A stretch of 64,000 bases of DNA, taken from NCBI GenBank assembly GCA_001542995.1, contig LFLA01000021.1, forward strand, positions 324,875 to 388,874. Direction: 5' to 3'. The translations under genes and the position numbers were made by a program. Numbering within the stretch: position 1 is the stretch's first letter; each line of letters opens with the position of its first letter. This document shows positions 18,074 to 26,098 of the stretch, in pieces. This stretch comes from Nitrospina sp. LS_NOB (GTDB lineage Bacteria; Nitrospinota; Nitrospinia; Nitrospinales; VA-1). The notes under the pieces were generated by a model. The model did no database searches. It was not told where the DNA came from and saw nothing but the letters and a program-made list of their open reading frames with translations.

Positions 18074-19201
18074 ATGAAATGGTTCGCGGTGAAAATTATT
18101 TTTCTCCTGGCTCTCGCCCTGTTTGTGAGCTATTCCCTCAGCGAAGGCGCGCCACGTAAAAAAACGGGAGTCCAGAAGGTCATGGCCCCGTTTCCCCAAA
18201 GCACCACCACGCGCATCGCCATCGTCGGTGATACCGGCACCGGAGAGCGGGCTTACGCACCGGGATTCTCCGCCGTGCAAAAAGCCATGCGCGATACCAA
18301 GCCGGACGCGTTACTGCATCTCGGCGATTTCGTTTACCAGCCGGAACCGTTCCCCGACTCCTGCCTGGATCGATACATAGAAGAAATCAAAAAAACATTG
18401 GTCGATCCCTATCCCCTGCGTCTTTTTGTTGCGGGCGATAACGATTTGCCTGCGCATAAATACAAACCCAAGGCTTCGGGTTGCTGGGATAAAATCGATC
18501 CGCTCGATTCCGGTTTTGACAACGCTGCTAAAAGTGCCGCGCGGGATTTCGAAGGCACCCGAGTGGTGGGCAACGCCTTGATCGGCATCATCCATAACTA
18601 TCCCTGGCAGGACCCCACCGAATGGCTGAAGCCGCGCATTAAAGAGGCAAGAGAAAAAGGGCTCTGGGTCATCCTTGCCGTCCACGAACCGGCGCTCACC
18701 ACCGCCTGGTATCTGGACAAACGCAACACGGTTCTCAAACAGTTGAATGCCTTAAAACCCGATCTGGTGTTCGCTGGCAACCAGCACTCCTACGAACGGT
18801 TTCATCCCATGAGTCCGGTAAAAGATGGCACATTCAAAGTGATCAAATCTGAATCCGGGAAATACCAAAGCGGGGATGGAACAATGCACATAGTTTCAGG
18901 CGGCGGCGGGGCCACATTCAAACCTTTTGCCGACACGCAAGGAAATGAAAAACGCACTGCGCCGAAAGAAGTGTTTGATGCGCTGGCAAAAAGGGCGCTG
19001 ATGAATCATTTTGTCACACTGGATATTTCGCGGGATGTTTTGAAAGGAACGGTCTGGCGAGTATGTGTGAACGATGATCCTGATGACCAACAAAACCCGC
19101 GCTGGAAATCGCGAAAGAAATTCTGGGACAACATCCCCCTGGAATGCGACGACAAGCCGGAAGGGGTAACGGTTTATGAGCAGTTTGAAATTAGCCACTA
19201 G
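18074..19201 (+). CDS. secreted calcineurin-like metallophosphoesterase
   Basis: Signal peptide. Motifs IVGDTGTGE, HLGDFVY, AGDND, AVHEP, GNQHSYE. Stop TAG within a CTAG. Confidence 0.75.
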   Translation: MKWFAVKIIFLLALALFVSYSLSEGAPRKKTGVQKVMAPFPQSTTTRIAIVGDTGTGERAYAPGFSAVQKAMRDTKPDALLHLGDFVYQPEPFPDSCLDRYIEEIKKTLVDPYPLRLFVAGDNDLPAHKYKPKASGCWDKIDPLDSGFDNAAKSAARDFEGTRVVGNALIGIIHNYPWQDPTEWLKPRIKEAREKGLWVILAVHEPALTTAWYLDKRNTVLKQLNALKPDLVFAGNQHSYERFHPMSPVKDGTFKVIKSESGKYQSGDGTMHIVSGGGGATFKPFADTQGNEKRTAPKEVFDALAKRALMNHFVTLDISRDVLKGTVWRVCVNDDPDDQQNPRWKSRKKFWDNIPLECDDKPEGVTVYEQFEISH

Positions 19202-19767
19202 CCGCCAGCGTGATGCTGGCCTCAATGTGCAATAACCCCCGTTTAACCACCGATGCACACAGATCGACACGGATAAAACATTCCTCTCCTCTCATGAGGG
19301 GAGGCTAGGTGGGGTGTGGATTTTCCTTTCGTCATCCTGAGGCTCTCAAAGGATCATGCCTGTCATCCTGTTATCCCTCTCCCCTCCGAGGGAGAGGCAA
19401 GGTGAGGGGGGGCATTTTGTTTACCCCCTCTTTCTTAAAGTACCCCTTCGGGGCATGAAAGTTAATGAGGGGATATCACAAGGGCGGAGGTGATTGACCT
19501 CAAGAGGGTTTTTGTCTGTCATCCTGAGCCACTTGCCGTGGGGGCGATACTGTCATCCTTGAGGAGCCGCAGGCAACGAAGGATCTCGTCATTGCGAACG
19601 ACTAAAAGGAGTGTGGCAATCCAGAGAGAATTTTTAGCGTTTTTCTCGTCATCCTGAGGCTTGATACCCCCTCCTTAAAACATCATGCCCTGCAAGGGTG
19701 GCCCCTTGATCTTTGACAATATAGTTTTGGATGTCAGAAACTTTTAATTTATTGCCGTTTTGAACCT
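19198..19767. repeat. 570-bp non-coding block made almost entirely of modular repeats
   Basis: R6 hairpin gccagcgtgatgctggc 19204..19220. cctctcccctccgagggagagg hairpin about 19374-19398. R1 unit 19441..19479. Five GTCATCCTGAG-type modules (19330, 19362, 19517, 19551, 19648). 71-bp R3 copy 19588..19658. Confidence 0.75.
19588..19658 (+). repeat. R3 71-bp repeat, copy 1
   Basis: gtcattgcgaacgactaaaaggagtgtggcaatccagagagaatttttagcgtttttctcgtcatcctgag. Differs from the 20586..20656 copy at 5 positions by my alignment. Confidence 0.85.
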
Positions 19768-20142
19768 TTAATCGGGATGCCCCTCGGCTCTGAAACCCAC
19801 ATCTATCATAATCCCCGGCGCGATGAGGCGGTTCAACGGAATTTCGTCTATGCGCCAGCGTCCTTTGGCAAAATGGGCCAGAGTGTCTATGTGAGTGCCA
19901 CCGTGCTCGGCTCCGCTGAAATTGTTAGCTTCGTACCAAAATCCGGATTCCGTTTTCCCTTTATAAACCTCATCCAATTGAAAAGGTCGGCTGGTCGGCC
20001 AGTAAATAGTGGATTGGTCAAAAGGATGGGTCAAGTCGATGTAGCGTGTTTCTGCCCAGGCAAGAGTAGGGAATGTGAAATGGGATGCCCAGACTCCCAA
20101 AAAAAGGAACAGAACAAATGGAATTGACTGAAATTTTTTCAT
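19768..20142 (-). pseudogene. cyclase-family (kynurenine formamidase-like) gene, C-terminally truncated
   Basis: Signal peptide plus YIDLTHPFDQSTIYWP...AEHGGTHIDTLAHF...IAPGIMIDV matches the N-terminal half of the putative-cyclase family. The ORF stops after 124 aa where repeats begin; family members are roughly twice as long. Confidence 0.55.
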
Positions 20143-20156
20143 TATATTAAGTGCTA

Positions 20157-20471
20157 TCAGTTTTCAGAAGTAGGACCATCATTGCGCTTTACAACAATAA
20201 TAGCGTAAACCCCATAGCCCAAAGCCAATACACCCGCGAGTGAATGCAAAGAACCGACAATCCAGAATCCGACCTACGGCCAAAATATATTCACCAGAAA
20301 GGCAATGAGGAGAAAAAAATTGGCATGAACATTATGCCGGGCATTATAGAAACCCCACCCCAATCTTTTTTTCCTTGCTTGACGACATCCACCGCTTTTT
20401 CTGCAAGCTCCGCCAGGGTTGATAAATATCCAGGCTGTCAGCAAACCCAGATAGAGCCATAAATAATCCAT
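20157..20471 (-). pseudogene. small multi-TM membrane protein gene interrupted by an in-frame TAG
   Basis: MDYLWLYLGLLTAWIFINP...FFLLIAFLVNIFWP-TAG-VGFWIVGSLHSLAGVLALGYGVYAIIVV.... The hydrophobic reading continues in the same frame for 38 codons after the stop (20274..20276). Confidence 0.3.
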
Positions 20472-20585
20472 ATGGACCTCACTCACTCTCCCCCTAATAG
20501 AATTAGAATACAATTTCAAAAAGAAAAGGCCCAGGCCAAAAAACCCAGGCCATTTCAAATCAAAGAAGAACTGAGGGGGGTTGTC

Positions 20586-20656
20586 GTCATTGCGAACGAC
20601 CGGAGGGAGTGCGGCAATCCAGAGAGAATTTTTAGCGTTTTTCTCGTCATCCTGAG
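20586..20656 (+). repeat. R3 71-bp repeat, copy 2
   Basis: gtcattgcgaacgaccggagggagtgcggcaatccagagagaatttttagcgtttttctcgtcatcctgag. Direct repeat of 19588..19658. Confidence 0.85.
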
Positions 20657-20661
20657 CTGCC

Positions 20662-20790
20662 GTGATATCCCCTCATTAACTTTCATGCCCCGCAGGGGTA
20701 GAAGGATCATGCCCCGCAGGTACACGTGATATCCCCATCAGTAACTGTGATGTCCTCTTCCTCAGCCTTCATGCCCGGTACGGGTAGAAC
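20662..20790. repeat. three consecutive R1-type units
   Basis: gtgatatcccctcattaactttcatgccccgcaggggta (20662..20700). Partial unit 20706..20745. gtgatgtcctcttcctcagccttcatgcccggtacgggta (20746..20786). Confidence 0.7.
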
Positions 20791-20881
20791 GGGTAGACCC
20801 CTTCATTTAGTCAAGAAAAGACTTGACCCCCTCATGATCCCCCCCTCATTAACCCCTGTAATAAAGTTGTTATAATGGGCC

Positions 20882-21094
20882 ATGGAGAAGCACATGGAAA
20901 AATTTATAGAACTCATAATGATGCTCCTTGTTTTTTGGTTGGCTACGAATTTTTTAATGAAGTTTTTGCCCGGTTTAGCCACTCAACTCCCGCTTCCTAT
21001 TTATGAGTTTTTATATGCATTTACGGGGGCTGGTGAAGACATACCCCAAGACCCTACCGGATTTTTTTCACCTGAACCTAGCCCTGACTCTTGA
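20882..21094 (+). CDS. hypothetical small membrane protein
   Basis: 70-aa ORF with one clear TM helix (LIMMLLVFWLATNFLMKFL). No recognisable family, weak RBS. Confidence 0.25.
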   Translation: MEKHMEKFIELIMMLLVFWLATNFLMKFLPGLATQLPLPIYEFLYAFTGAGEDIPQDPTGFFSPEPSPDS

Positions 21095-21148
21095 TAGATG
21101 AAAATCTAATTTTTACTATTACTTTACTGGGATCGAGAAAACAGCTGA

Positions 21149-22813
21149 TCATTTTTTCTTTGAAATTAGGGTTTTAAGGCGGGCTTTGATATTTTCATAC
21201 TTCAAACGAAGATGGGCTTTACCATTTTTGGTTAATAAGCCTGTGTGACCAACAACATTTCTTACTGGTGCATAAGCAATCGCGTCGTCCCGCAATGACT
21301 GCTTGCCCCCTCCGTCCTTAGAGCCTTCTGCGGTGATAGCAAGATCGTCCATGCTCAAATAACTTATATCGCTATTATCTTTTCTTATATCGAAACTGAG
21401 ATTAGCTTTACCCTTCTTAACTGATTCACGTTGTCGCCATTTTTCAGCTTCTTGTTTGGTTTTTTTCTCGAGCTTTATCGTATTCGAATCAATATATTTA
21501 CGGACTAAATTTTCAGATAAAAAGCAGTCGGCGTAAGAGGATAAATTAAACTCAGCATCGTCGCGCAATGCATTCAGCCATTCTTCAACTTGATCTCTCT
21601 GTGGTGAATCATCATCGGGCTCATATTCTTCTTTCGTGGCAGAATATAAATCCCTCGCCTTTCTTTCCTTCTTTGTTTTTCGCGTATTTTCTTGATCTCC
21701 CTCTTCACCTCTGTCTAGACGCAGTTTATCCCAAGAATCGAATATTGCTGGCAGCGCCTCACGCTTTAAATAATCGAGTAAAGATTGAAAATTTTCGTCA
21801 TCCTCGACTATGCCTTCTCGGCTGCTGGTAAAAGGGTCTTTGCCTAAAACATCCATTGAATCGAAATGGATCTGTCCATATATATAACTTTCTATAATTC
21901 GCTGAGTAGGAATATGGCTAATTATGTTCTTTTCTCTTAGTCTACCGTTTACGAACAAATCAATAGTTGCGCGCTCTTCAGTGCCTGTTATCTTTAGGTT
22001 TCTTGGCTTTTTTACAGATGCTATAAATCCCCCAACATCTAACGCAGTAGTAAGCTTTATTTTTTTATGCTTTAAGCTCTTTAACTTTTTAACGAAATCA
22101 TCATCAAGATTGTTTATTACCCATACGAATTCGGTAGCGTCTACCAGGTCTTTTATGTCATCAAAAGAGACTTTTTCGTTATTAACGTGAATAGAAAAAT
22201 TTTCGTCTATCAAAGAAAAATGAAAATTGAGTGCGATGAGCTTCTTTATGTGTGCAATAGAGTTCTTTATTTGATCTTTAGTTTCTTCAAAGCAGATAAT
22301 TGTTCCCCGTTTATGTTTCTTGGTTAAGTCATGTATTGATTTAACATCAAAAGCTTCTAATGGATACTTATCTGGAGTTAAGTCACTTTTAATAGCTTGG
22401 TCTAAACTAGTATTGTCAATTACCCCGCCGACATAGTCGCCCCCTGTTTTTTTTGTAAAAACAGAGATACGTTTTGCGCATGATAGAAGTGCTAGTTTTC
22501 CAATTCCTTTGGCTCCTATAAATGGTCGTTCGGACTTCGTATTCATCTTGCCAGATGCCCGTTTGCTATATCCGATTTTTAAAAATTTCGATTGAAAATC
22601 ATTGGCGTCCATCCCAATACCATCATCTTTGATGCTAAATACTTGCTTATCCTTGTCAATTTCTATCCACACGTTTTCAGCATCAGCATCCCAAGCATTA
22701 GATATCGCTTCGCCCAAAACTGTAATAAAGTTGCGATATAAATTCCGCCCAAGGTGATTTAATACACTCAGAGAAATTTCGAAGTTAAAATTATTATTTA
22801 ATTTCTTATTCAC
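21149..22813 (-). CDS. GHKL (HSP90/MutL/MORC-like) ATPase with helical C-terminal region carrying an RNxxxH motif
   Basis: Bergerat-fold motifs: GEAISNAWDA (N box), IKDDGIGMD (DxGxG), IGAKGIGKLALLS (G2). C-terminal ...APVRNVVGHTGLL (R518-H523). AT-rich. Lies 13 nt downstream of dcm on the same strand. Confidence 0.8.
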   Translation of the reverse strand: MNKKLNNNFNFEISLSVLNHLGRNLYRNFITVLGEAISNAWDADAENVWIEIDKDKQVFSIKDDGIGMDANDFQSKFLKIGYSKRASGKMNTKSERPFIGAKGIGKLALLSCAKRISVFTKKTGGDYVGGVIDNTSLDQAIKSDLTPDKYPLEAFDVKSIHDLTKKHKRGTIICFEETKDQIKNSIAHIKKLIALNFHFSLIDENFSIHVNNEKVSFDDIKDLVDATEFVWVINNLDDDFVKKLKSLKHKKIKLTTALDVGGFIASVKKPRNLKITGTEERATIDLFVNGRLREKNIISHIPTQRIIESYIYGQIHFDSMDVLGKDPFTSSREGIVEDDENFQSLLDYLKREALPAIFDSWDKLRLDRGEEGDQENTRKTKKERKARDLYSATKEEYEPDDDSPQRDQVEEWLNALRDDAEFNLSSYADCFLSENLVRKYIDSNTIKLEKKTKQEAEKWRQRESVKKGKANLSFDIRKDNSDISYLSMDDLAITAEGSKDGGGKQSLRDDAIAYAPVRNVVGHTGLLTKNGKAHLRLKYENIKARLKTLISKKK

Positions 22814-22826
22814 TAAGGGAATCCTT

Positions 22827-23885
22827 TTAGCAAGCTTTAATAATGGTTTTTCCTATCGCTTTTGCCAGCTTAACGGGGACTGCATTTCCAATCCATCTGC
22901 CTACTTCAGTAAAAGAAATTTTTTCATTAACGGGTAAAAATTCGTATCTGCGAGGAAAAGACTGGAAAATCGCAGCTTCTCTCAGGGAAATTGCTCGATT
23001 TTGCTCTGGGTGGCCAAATCGACCATTACCATAACCATAGCACTGTGTTGTCATTGTGGGTGATGGGTCATCCCATGTCATACGTGCATAGACGCCCGAA
23101 TATGTTTTTCCAGTGACGCGACGGTGGCATGGTGAGCGTAACCCTTTAGGCCAATCGCGCCAAGTTCCTCCTGGGGTAGATGCCTTAATTCGTTTTAGAT
23201 TTAAATTTGATAGAAATGCAGCAATATGGAGAGGGTCTTTACTGCTGGACTCACCGGCCTCTAGCTGGGGCAATTTGCCAATTGCCTTACATACAGAAAC
23301 AAAATTTTTATGTGAGGGTCGCAATGGTTTAAGGTTTCCAGCTTTGGAAGCTATAACTACTAGTCTTCTTCTCTTTTGCGGTATCCCGAACTCTTCACAT
23401 TTTGCTACAGTCCATTCCACTTGATAGCCAGCCTTCCGAAGAGAGTTACAAAATTGCTTAAATACGATGCCATTTTTGTATTTCATGAGTGCTGGAACAT
23501 TTTCCATTGTTACAAAATCCGGATTTGCTTTTACTGCCAGTTTTGCAAATTTTGCAACTAAGTCCCAACTTGGGTCTTCGTCATACCTTTGTTTATATGT
23601 TGAAAATGGTTGGCAGGGAGCACATCCCGCAAGGATGGAAGGTGCATTTCCACTAAAGTGATTCTTGATTTCTTTAGCGGTAAGCTTTGCTACATCTCTC
23701 GTATAAAACGTAGCGTCATTATTTTTTTCAAATGCATACCTACACCTTGCATCTGTGTCATATCCAGCAACAATTTTTAGCCCTGCGCATTTTAGCCCAT
23801 GACTTAAAGCGCCGACGCCGCAAAACAAATCAACCACTTCGCCAAAATTTGAATGTTTCCCTTTTTTTCTCCTTTGTATAGCCAT
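22827..23885 (-). CDS. dcm: DNA (cytosine-5)-methyltransferase
   Basis: Motif I DLFCGVGALSHG, motif IV GCAPCQPFS, motif VI TMENVPAL, motif VIII QKRRRLVVIAS, motif X GNAVPVKLAKAIG. Confidence 0.92.
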   Translation of the reverse strand: MAIQRRKKGKHSNFGEVVDLFCGVGALSHGLKCAGLKIVAGYDTDARCRYAFEKNNDATFYTRDVAKLTAKEIKNHFSGNAPSILAGCAPCQPFSTYKQRYDEDPSWDLVAKFAKLAVKANPDFVTMENVPALMKYKNGIVFKQFCNSLRKAGYQVEWTVAKCEEFGIPQKRRRLVVIASKAGNLKPLRPSHKNFVSVCKAIGKLPQLEAGESSSKDPLHIAAFLSNLNLKRIKASTPGGTWRDWPKGLRSPCHRRVTGKTYSGVYARMTWDDPSPTMTTQCYGYGNGRFGHPEQNRAISLREAAIFQSFPRRYEFLPVNEKISFTEVGRWIGNAVPVKLAKAIGKTIIKAC

Positions 23886-24156
23886 ATTTTTAAAAATTTC
23901 CCCATTCAGTATGATGCAACATTTTGTGTTTAAACTAGTTTAGCCTTTAAAGTCATTACATCTTGGAAAAATTTGATAATAAGCTAGTGGAATTTTAAGT
24001 AAAATTATTCGGATAACCTTAAACTTTTGCCAATTTAGGTCAATTTGCTTTAGAAGTCAAATTGCCAGTTTTTATGTAATGGCAAAAAAGATGGAATAAG
24101 GAGTAGAAAATGAATTTTGTGAATATTTATTACTTAAAAAAAATCTAAAAAGGATT

Positions 24157-24240
24157 TACCCTTGCAGGGCACGAGAGCTCTGGAAGAAGATATCACGGAA
24201 GCTCAGGATGACGGCAAATCCCCCCGACCCCCTTCACTTC
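24157..24240. repeat. host-type repeats (R1 unit + GTCATCCTGAG module) inside the AT-rich island
   Basis: tacccttgcagggcacgagagctctggaagaagatatcacgg followed by aagctcaggatgacgg and a C-run. Lies immediately 3' of the HNH gene stop. Confidence 0.65.
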
Positions 24241-24243
24241 GGT

Positions 24244-24792
24244 TTACCTTTGGACAAAAGCCTTGTCTAATTGTTTATATAGGTCTAGAGATTTTTCTAA
24301 TTCATTTTTTGTATTTTCATACAGAGAATTGGCAATTACCCGGATGGCGTGACTTTCTTCTTTTGATAAATTTGGATATTTTTCAATTTTAATATGTTTT
24401 CTTATTTTATTTCTCCTTTGCTCAAACTTGTGTTCTTCTCCCTGATCTTTGCAAATACGTTCTAATTGTTCTTCCCAGTTCACATATTCCCCTTTTGGTC
24501 CTCTGATTCTTTTATTGCACTTTGAACAAATAGGAACAATATTTCCAGGATGATGCAATCCACATTCTTTGCGATTAAACATAATTAAATGCTCAATTTG
24601 TAATTTAGCGCTGTCCTCATCACAATATGCACATTTCTTTTGAAACACCTTATTTTTAACTCTTTCCCAATCCGATTTTCCCTGGCCGCTTGAGGTATTA
24701 AAGCTCCGACCTAAATAAAATTCACCCACTTTTGTAAGAAATGCTCTTACCGATGTATTAGCACTATCTGCGGCAGTGTTATATACAGTCAT
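24244..24792 (-). CDS. HNH endonuclease (candidate restriction/effector nuclease)
   Basis: CAYCDEDSAKLQIEHLIMFNRKECGLHHPGNIVPICSKCNKR = CxxC...H...N...CxxC beta-beta-alpha-Me zinc-finger nuclease core. AT-rich. Confidence 0.8.
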   Translation of the reverse strand: MTVYNTAADSANTSVRAFLTKVGEFYLGRSFNTSSGQGKSDWERVKNKVFQKKCAYCDEDSAKLQIEHLIMFNRKECGLHHPGNIVPICSKCNKRIRGPKGEYVNWEEQLERICKDQGEEHKFEQRRNKIRKHIKIEKYPNLSKEESHAIRVIANSLYENTKNELEKSLDLYKQLDKAFVQR

Positions 24793-24912
24793 TTTTATTC
24801 ATTATGTTTGTTTAGAATTTTTTTAGCATCATGTGAGGAATCAAGGATAAGTGATAAAGCTAATCCCTGAGGATAGTGAAACTATTTCTAGCCTCCTTCA
24901 TTTCTAAAGTCT

Positions 24913-25146
24913 TTAATGTTTCTCAATTTCTTTTATTATTGAGATTGGAGAAGCTCCCATTGATCGTGCGACTTTTATAAATTCGACGATATCCAATCGC
25001 CGTTCTCCGTTTTCATATTTCGACACAAATGATTGGGGCTTCTTAAGAATGTCAGCTACATTCTGCTGGGTCATTTTTGCGGATCTCCGCTTTCGTATGA
25101 GTAACTTCAGAAAATTTTTATATTCACGACTGAATACAGATTTCAA
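24913..25146 (-). CDS. XRE-family HTH protein (controller C-protein-like)
   Basis: LLIRKRRSAKMTQQNVADILKKPQSFVSKYENGERRLDIVEFIKVARSMG. TTG start with GGAG 10 nt upstream. A stop 2 codons upstream fixes the start. Lies 120 nt upstream of the HNH gene, same strand. Confidence 0.7.
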   Translation of the reverse strand: MKSVFSREYKNFLKLLIRKRRSAKMTQQNVADILKKPQSFVSKYENGERRLDIVEFIKVARSMGASPISIIKEIEKH

Positions 25147-25224
25147 TTCCTAATTCTCCAAATAAAGAACAACTTGAAAATAAATAAACCTATTTCCAAA
25201 TAAACCCAAGTTGGGATATTTTTA

Positions 25225-25253
25225 TTGACAACAAACCACCATGGGAATAGATT
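25225..25253 (+). promoter_or_regulatory. sigma70-type promoter (TTGACA-17 nt-TAGATT) for the 25334 HTH gene
   Basis: TTGACA 25225-25230, 17-nt spacer, TAGATT 25248-25253, in the divergent region between the two XRE genes. Confidence 0.35.
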
Positions 25254-25333
25254 GAAACTGTCAAAACGTTAGAAATGGTCCCTAGTGTCCACACACACCA
25301 CAGGACTTTTTTTGTGTAAATCGGTAGGAGAAG

Positions 25334-25645
25334 GTGATGAAAAACACAGGGAGAAAGATCAAGTTCGCAGGAATGGGAATGCGGATTCGCAGTTGGCGAG
25401 AAAGCCAGGGCATGAAGGCCAAAGAACTGGCTCGGAGGCTCAAAATTTCCGGAGGAAGTTTGTCGGAGATTGAAAACGGAAAAACCCTTCCATCGGCCTT
25501 GACTCTGGCGTCTATTCATCAGAACACCGGCCTGAATGTGGGTTATGTTTTAACTGGCGAAATTGCGGGCGGGACATCGGGTGATAAACGGGTTCTCATA
25601 GTGGAGGTCGATCTTATGATTTTGAAAACAAAAACCAATTCTTGA
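25334..25645 (+). CDS. XRE-family HTH transcriptional regulator
   Basis: IRSWRESQGMKAKELARRLKISGGSLSEIENGKTLPSALTLASIHQNTGLNVGYVLTGE. Divergent from the 24913..25146 HTH gene. Confidence 0.7.
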   Translation: MMKNTGRKIKFAGMGMRIRSWRESQGMKAKELARRLKISGGSLSEIENGKTLPSALTLASIHQNTGLNVGYVLTGEIAGGTSGDKRVLIVEVDLMILKTKTNS

Positions 25646-25649
25646 ACAA

Positions 25650-26098
25650 ATTCCATAAATTTCAAGGCAGAGGATAAGACATAACCCTGCAAGGCATAAA
25701 GGCTAAGGCGACCCTTCGAGGACCTCAGGGTGACAGAATCCCCCCCCCTCACCGCGGCCACGCCTTGCCTCTCCCTCGGAGGAGACCTTTGCATAACCCC
25801 GAGATTCTTCGTCACGTTGTTCCTCAGAATGACAAAATGGCCCAGTGTTGTCATGCTGAGCTTGTCGAAGCATCGCGCTTTTCTGCTTTATCGACTTACG
25901 CAAAGGTCTCTCGGAGGGGAGAGGAATAATTGGATTACCCCTCAAGGCATGGATCTGGATTGCCGCGTTTCACTCGCAACGACGAGATGCTTCGAGGTCC
26001 TCAGCATGACAGGAAAACCCGAGATGCTTCGACAAGCTCAGCATGACAACATTGGCGCCACGGCGAGGTGTTTTGAACGTTGCCCCTCTGGCGAAGAG
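25650..26098. repeat. 450-bp intergenic repeat cluster
   Basis: Contains cgaggacctcagggtgacag, cctctccctcggagg, the 132-bp MITE-like element, gattgccgcgtttcactcgcaacgac, and two gcttcga..ctcagcatgaca modules. Track ORFs 25730..26557(+), 25543..25854(-) and 25703..25945(-) lie in it. Confidence 0.75.
25781..25912 (+). mobile_element. MITE-like 132-bp element with about 15-bp terminal inverted repeats, copy 1
   Basis: Starts gGAGACCTTTGCATAAcc and ends TTACGCAAAGGTCTCtc (TIR, 1 mismatch). Internal inverted cctcagaatgaca/tgtcatgctgag. Second copy inverted at 32491..32623. Confidence 0.5.

Noticed and set aside
19198-19767. Possible CRISPR array in the repeat-dense block
   Set aside because: The repeats belong to several different families, occur in both orientations and are irregularly spaced, with no uniform repeat-spacer periodicity. 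No cas genes are in the window.
24030-24075. Imperfect inverted repeats (gccaatttagg ... tcaatttgc ... gtcaaattgcc) upstream of dcm as a C-protein operator
   Set aside because: The arms match only about 7/10 and the spacing is atypical. In an AT-rich region such matches arise easily, so I could not support it without comparative data.
24110-24148. 12-codon ORF (MNFVNIYYLKKI) with AAGGAG RBS in the HNH-dcm gap
   Set aside because: Too short and low-complexity (AT-rich) to support. The SD-like sequence may be fortuitous.
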